From positions 544,001-608,000 of the forward strand of contig CAWBAT010000005.1 in the NCBI GenBank assembly GCA_963786955.1: 64,000 nucleotides of DNA, written 5' to 3'. The position numbers and the translations under genes were made by a program. This stretch comes from an uncultured Acidimicrobiia bacterium (GTDB lineage: Bacteria > Acidobacteriota > Terriglobia > Versatilivoradales > Versatilivoraceae). Within the stretch, counting starts at the first letter, position 1. The number at the start of each line of letters is the position of its first letter. The notes beneath the pieces were generated by a model. The model worked only from the letters and a program-made list of their open reading frames with translations. It had not been told where the DNA came from and searched no databases. Positions 59,525 through 64,000 of this stretch are shown piece by piece.

Positions 59525-62071
59525 GTGAAGACCATGGTTTCTAATAGAAAAACAAATTTATTGCCTTTGATTTTTGCCCTGGCAGTTGCATCGCTTTATT
59601 TCGGGGGGGATTCGTTCTCAGCCGATAAGACAACTCCCCGGCCCCTCGCCGCGAAACCGAGTGTCCCATCTGTTGCTGCCGGCCCGACGGCAGCACCTGG
59701 CAAACTCGTCTCACTGGAAATCGTGCCACCCCGTTTGGTTTTCACCGACCGTCGTGATTCTTATCATCTCCTGGTTACCGGGAAGATGGCCGACGGAAGC
59801 ACCGAGGATCTGACCAAGGTGGCCAAGTTCACTTTGCGGGATGACAAGCTCGTGATTGATGCTCAGGGGTATGTTTCTCCGATCAAAGAAGGTGAGACTC
59901 AGCTCAAGATCCAGGCTGGCGGATTGGAAACCGAGGTCCCAGTGAGCATCCAGTCGCTGGCAAAATCACGCCCTGTTGACTTTGTCCGGGATATTGCTCC
60001 GATAGTTAACAAAGTTGGATGCACTTCGGGCCCCTGTCATGGGGCCGCCAAAGGAAAGAACGGATTCAAGCTTTCCTTGCGGGGTTATGATCCGGAATTT
60101 GATTTTGAAATGCTGGTTCATGATGTGTCTGGCCGGCGCGTAAACCGCGTCGACCCCGCTCACAGCCTCATGATCGCCAAGCCCACCATGCAGGTTCCAC
60201 ATGGCGGGAACCTCCGCATCGAACCCGATTCACGCTACTACCAAATGATTGTGCAATGGATCTCCAGTGGGACTCCTTTTGGGAATTTAGAATCGTCGAA
60301 GGTAGACAAATTGGAAGTTCTTCCGAGAGACATTCTGCTCAGCAAGCCAGGAATGGGCCAGCAAGTGTCCGTCCTCGCGCATTATCGAGATGGCACCGAG
60401 CGTGACGTCACACGAGAGGCCAACTTCTCTAGCAATACTCCGACCGTTGCCGAAGTGAGTCAGGATGGACTGGTCAGCACCTTGCGCAAAGGAGAATCGG
60501 CCCTGTTGGTTCGTTACGGGGGAAGGTTTGAAACCATCACTATCACAGTTCTCGATGACCGCCCCGGTTTCCAATGGGCCCAGTTGCCCCAAAACAATTA
60601 CATTGACCAGTTTGAAGATGCCAAACTGAGGAAGTTGCGAATTCTTCCCTCGAAACTTTCGACAGATAGCGAATTTATCCGCCGTATTTACCTAGATCTG
60701 ATCGGTTTGCCACCCACTCCCGAAGAAGTACGGGCATTTCAGAACGATCCGGCTGAAAGCCGTCTCAAGCGTGCCCAGTTGATCGATCGACTGATGGCGC
60801 GGCCCGAATACGTCGATCACTGGGCAGTGAAATGGGGGGACCTGTTCCAAAACAATCGCAAGTTTGTTGGAGACAAAGGGGTATGGCTTTATCAGCAATG
60901 GATCAAGGCTTCTCTGGCTCAGAACAAACCCTACGACCTTTGGGTCAGGGAGATGCTTACAGCCAGAGGAAGCACCTACGAAAATCCAGCCGCCAATTTC
61001 TTTCGTGTAGGCAAAGACCCCAAAGTGGCCATGGAGACAACGACCCAGTTGTTCTTGGGAGTGCGCATGGTCTGTGCGCAGTGCCACGACCACCCCTTCG
61101 AACAATGGACGCAGAACCAATACTACGAGATGACTGCATTCTTTAACTCCATCGGGGTTAAAGAAGGAATCGATAGTCAGGAAGAAATTGTCTACGTCAA
61201 GAGAGAAGAAGGTCAGACCAAACACCCCAAAGATGGAAGGATCATTAAACCCAAAGTGCTTTTCGGAAGTTCAACGGAGTCCCCACAGGACAGTGACCGT
61301 CGGATGGTTCTGGTTCGCTGGTTGACTTCCAAAGACAATCCGTACTTTGCCAGGGCGGCCGCAAATCGCGTGTGGAGCTATTTCTTTGGCCGCGGCATTA
61401 TCGAACCAGTCGATGATATCCGGGCCAGCAACCCTCCCAGCAACGAGCCCCTACTGGCTGCCATGACTAAAGACTTCGCAAACCATCAATTTGATTTGCG
61501 GCATCTTGTTCGGACCATTGTGAATTCCCGAACGTATCAGATGAGCTTCGAACCAAACGAATGGAATCGGGAAGATGAAGTCAACTTCTCCCATGCCTTG
61601 CCGCGGCGTCTCCCGGCCGAGACTCTTTTTGATGCCATTAGTGTGGCTACAGGCAACACCTTGAAATTCAAAGAAGTCCCGAAGGGTTTCCACGCGGCGC
61701 AGTTTCCGGACGCAACGGTGGGAATGGGAGGTTTCTTGGATCTTTTCGGCAGGCCGCAACGGGATTCCGCCTGCGAGTGTGAGCGACGCAGTGACGTCAG
61801 TCTGACGCAGGCGCTAAACCTCATCAATGGCCCTTTTGTGGCTGAGGCAATATCGAATCCGGAAGGCCGGGTCGCTAAATTGGTCATACAGGGGACACCG
61901 GACAACAAGATCGTTGAGGAACTTTATTTAGCCGCATACAGCCGGCCTCCGGAACCAAAAGAGATGGAGATGGGGCTGCATTATCTATCGAGTAGTCAGA
62001 ATCGTGCTGAGAAATCCCAGGACCTGATGTGGGCGTTGCTCAACAGCAATGCGTTCTTGTTTAATCGGTAG
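59525..62071 (+). CDS. DUF1549/DUF1553 protein with Ig-like domains
   Basis: GCTSGPCHG..KGKNGFKLSL, FIRRIYLDLIGLPPT, CAQCHDHP, NPYFARAAANRVW, SACECER, WALLNS. Confidence 0.9.
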   Translation: MKTMVSNRKTNLLPLIFALAVASLYFGGDSFSADKTTPRPLAAKPSVPSVAAGPTAAPGKLVSLEIVPPRLVFTDRRDSYHLLVTGKMADGSTEDLTKVAKFTLRDDKLVIDAQGYVSPIKEGETQLKIQAGGLETEVPVSIQSLAKSRPVDFVRDIAPIVNKVGCTSGPCHGAAKGKNGFKLSLRGYDPEFDFEMLVHDVSGRRVNRVDPAHSLMIAKPTMQVPHGGNLRIEPDSRYYQMIVQWISSGTPFGNLESSKVDKLEVLPRDILLSKPGMGQQVSVLAHYRDGTERDVTREANFSSNTPTVAEVSQDGLVSTLRKGESALLVRYGGRFETITITVLDDRPGFQWAQLPQNNYIDQFEDAKLRKLRILPSKLSTDSEFIRRIYLDLIGLPPTPEEVRAFQNDPAESRLKRAQLIDRLMARPEYVDHWAVKWGDLFQNNRKFVGDKGVWLYQQWIKASLAQNKPYDLWVREMLTARGSTYENPAANFFRVGKDPKVAMETTTQLFLGVRMVCAQCHDHPFEQWTQNQYYEMTAFFNSIGVKEGIDSQEEIVYVKREEGQTKHPKDGRIIKPKVLFGSSTESPQDSDRRMVLVRWLTSKDNPYFARAAANRVWSYFFGRGIIEPVDDIRASNPPSNEPLLAAMTKDFANHQFDLRHLVRTIVNSRTYQMSFEPNEWNREDEVNFSHALPRRLPAETLFDAISVATGNTLKFKEVPKGFHAAQFPDATVGMGGFLDLFGRPQRDSACECERRSDVSLTQALNLINGPFVAEAISNPEGRVAKLVIQGTPDNKIVEELYLAAYSRPPEPKEMEMGLHYLSSSQNRAEKSQDLMWALLNSNAFLFNR

Positions 62072-62134
62072 ACAATCAGGTCACTGCGTAATGAGCAGCA
62101 ATGAAGACTAAATTGAAGTCATGTGGAGGTTACT

Positions 62135-63580
62135 ATGTTAACGATTCCGGGAGCCAAAGGCAGTAGTTGCGATGGAGTGTCTCGTCGCCAATTCTTACAG
62201 GTTGGTGGTGCGACGCTCGTCGGCTTGAGCCTGCCTCAATTTTTCTCTTTGAAAGCGCTCGCAGCAGAAGCAGCGAGCGCCCCCCTCGGTAAACCATTTG
62301 GTAACGCCAAATCGGTGATCCTGGTTTTCCTGCAGGGTGGACCGAGTCATTTGGATATCTGGGACCCCAAGCCCGACGCACCCTCCAATATTCGCGGCGA
62401 CTTCAAGCCCATCAAGACAAAAGTTCCAGGGATCTATGTCAGTGAGATCATGCCTATGCTGGCCGAGCAGATGGACAAGGTTACTTTGATCCGCTCCATG
62501 AGCTATACGCCATCCGGCCTGTTTAACCACACGGCTGCCATCTACCAGATGATGACCGGCTACCCTCCAGACAAAGTGTCCCCTTCGGGACAATTGGAAC
62601 CGCCATCTCCAAGGGATTTCCCGCACATGGGTTGCCAGATTTCCAAGATGAAACCTCCCAAAGACGCCATGCTCCCGTTCGTTGAAATGCCCCGCCCGTT
62701 GCAGGAAAGCGGTGTCATTGGAAAAGGGGGCGCAGCGGGTTTCCTGGGAAAAGCCTATGATCCGTATCGCTTGTATCAGGATCCGAACAAGTCCATCAAA
62801 CTCGACGACCTGACGCTCCGGACCGATGTCCCTCCGGATCGCCTTCAATCGCGGTTTGAACTGCTTAAGGGAATTAATGATTCCATGCCGGACCTGGAAA
62901 AAGCGGTCAGTTCATTTGCTCTGAACCAATATTACGAGAAAGCATATGATCTGGTGCTCTCGGGAAAAGCTCGCAATGCCTTTGATTTGGAAATGGAGCC
63001 AGCCAAGGTCCGTGACCGCTATGGCAGAACGACTTTTGGCCAGGGAGCCTTGTTAACCCGACGTCTGGTGGAAGCGGGCACACGCTTTGTTCAATTGAAT
63101 TGGCCTTCCGTCGCCAATGGCAATCCTGAAGTCGATTCCTGGGATACTCACTCGGCAAACTTTGGCCCGCTCAAGAACTTGCACTGCCCCGTTCTCGATA
63201 AAGCGTTGTCGGCCTTGATCGAAGACCTCGACCAGCGGGGCTTGTTTAAAGACACCCTTTTGATCGCGGTCGGCGAATTCGGACGCTCGCCTCGCCTCGG
63301 TGTCAGCACTTCTGGAAATGTCAATTCTCCCGACGGGCGCGATCATTGGCCTTATTGCTACACGGCATTGATCGCCGGCGCCGGAGTAAAGCGGGGTGAA
63401 ATCTACGGGAAATCCGACGCAACCGGATCGTCTCCGTTAGAAAACCCCGTCCATCCTACGGATCTGGTCGCCACGATTTATTATTCCTTAGGCATCCATC
63501 CGGAAATGGAAATTTTGAACGATTTGAATCAACCCAGGGAGCTCGTCAAGGGGAATCCCGTTTTAAGCCTGTTCAGTTGA
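62135..63580 (+). CDS. DUF1501 family protein with Tat-like signal
   Basis: SRRQFL; GGPSHLDIWDPKP; WDTH; GEFGRSP; GRDHW; GGAGGT RBS. Confidence 0.9.
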   Translation: MLTIPGAKGSSCDGVSRRQFLQVGGATLVGLSLPQFFSLKALAAEAASAPLGKPFGNAKSVILVFLQGGPSHLDIWDPKPDAPSNIRGDFKPIKTKVPGIYVSEIMPMLAEQMDKVTLIRSMSYTPSGLFNHTAAIYQMMTGYPPDKVSPSGQLEPPSPRDFPHMGCQISKMKPPKDAMLPFVEMPRPLQESGVIGKGGAAGFLGKAYDPYRLYQDPNKSIKLDDLTLRTDVPPDRLQSRFELLKGINDSMPDLEKAVSSFALNQYYEKAYDLVLSGKARNAFDLEMEPAKVRDRYGRTTFGQGALLTRRLVEAGTRFVQLNWPSVANGNPEVDSWDTHSANFGPLKNLHCPVLDKALSALIEDLDQRGLFKDTLLIAVGEFGRSPRLGVSTSGNVNSPDGRDHWPYCYTALIAGAGVKRGEIYGKSDATGSSPLENPVHPTDLVATIYYSLGIHPEMEILNDLNQPRELVKGNPVLSLFS

Positions 63581-63641
63581 ACCTCACGGTATTTTCATTT
63601 TTACCGTACTTCAAGACTAAATTAATCAAGGAGAATAGACC

Positions 63642-64000
63642 ATGGCAAGCAATCGTGGAGTAGCGTATATCAAGCCGGGGGTGGTGGAGGTGCAAAGCAT
63701 CGACTACCCGAAGCTAGCGATCGGGAATCGGAAGTGCGAACACGGGGTGATTTTAAAGACTGTGGCGACCAACATCTGCGGCAGCGACCAGCACATGGTG
63801 CGAGGGCGGACGACGGCACCGATGGGGCTGGTGTTAGGGCACGAGATCACGGGGGAAGTGATTGAAGCGGGGCGGGATGTGGAGTTTATCAAGGTGGGGG
63901 ACCTGGTGTCGGTGCCGTTTAACATTGCCTGTGGGCGGTGTCGCAACTGCAAGGAGCGGGCGACGGGGGTGTGTTTGAATGTGAATCCGGCGCGGCCGGG
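63642..64000 (+). CDS. fdhA: Glutathione-independent formaldehyde dehydrogenase, 3' truncated by window edge
   Basis: MASNRGVAY..., TNICGSDQHMVRGRTTAP, LGHEITG, VPFNIACGRCRNC; absent from the ORF track because it has no stop in the window. Confidence 0.88.
   Translation, partial: MASNRGVAYIKPGVVEVQSIDYPKLAIGNRKCEHGVILKTVATNICGSDQHMVRGRTTAPMGLVLGHEITGEVIEAGRDVEFIKVGDLVSVPFNIACGRCRNCKERATGVCLNVNPARP

Noticed and set aside
1-64000. CRISPR array, tRNA, rRNA
   Set aside because: No regularly spaced repeat-spacer series or recognisable structural RNA gene; the repeats seen are dispersed palindromes.

Overview
Bacterial chromosomal window, probably Acidobacteriota (inferred from gene content only). 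In order it holds: the 3' part of a cytochrome b/di-heme cytochrome c fusion; an L-rhamnose utilisation region (isomerase, ABC transporter with fused ATPase-permease, aldolase/dehydrogenase, GH78); a first DUF1549/DUF1553 + DUF1501 + PPC cluster; an ~11 kb decayed integron region with two tandem platforms (intI 5' stub + promoter + attI), each followed by attC-delimited cassettes; a 4 kb block bounded by ~205 bp inverted repeats; an amidase and an ECF sigma/DUF4252 triad; a second WD40-cytochrome c/PPC/DUF1549-1553/DUF1501 operon; and the start of fdhA. The second operon contains a GxxExxY nuclease gene plus a truncated tandem copy, enclosed by perfect 18-bp inverted repeats whose right arm is read as part of the downstream gene's N-terminus. 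Intergenic DNA is rich in nested REP/MITE-like palindromes. No rRNA, tRNA or CRISPR array was seen. All family assignments are by eye, without database searches.
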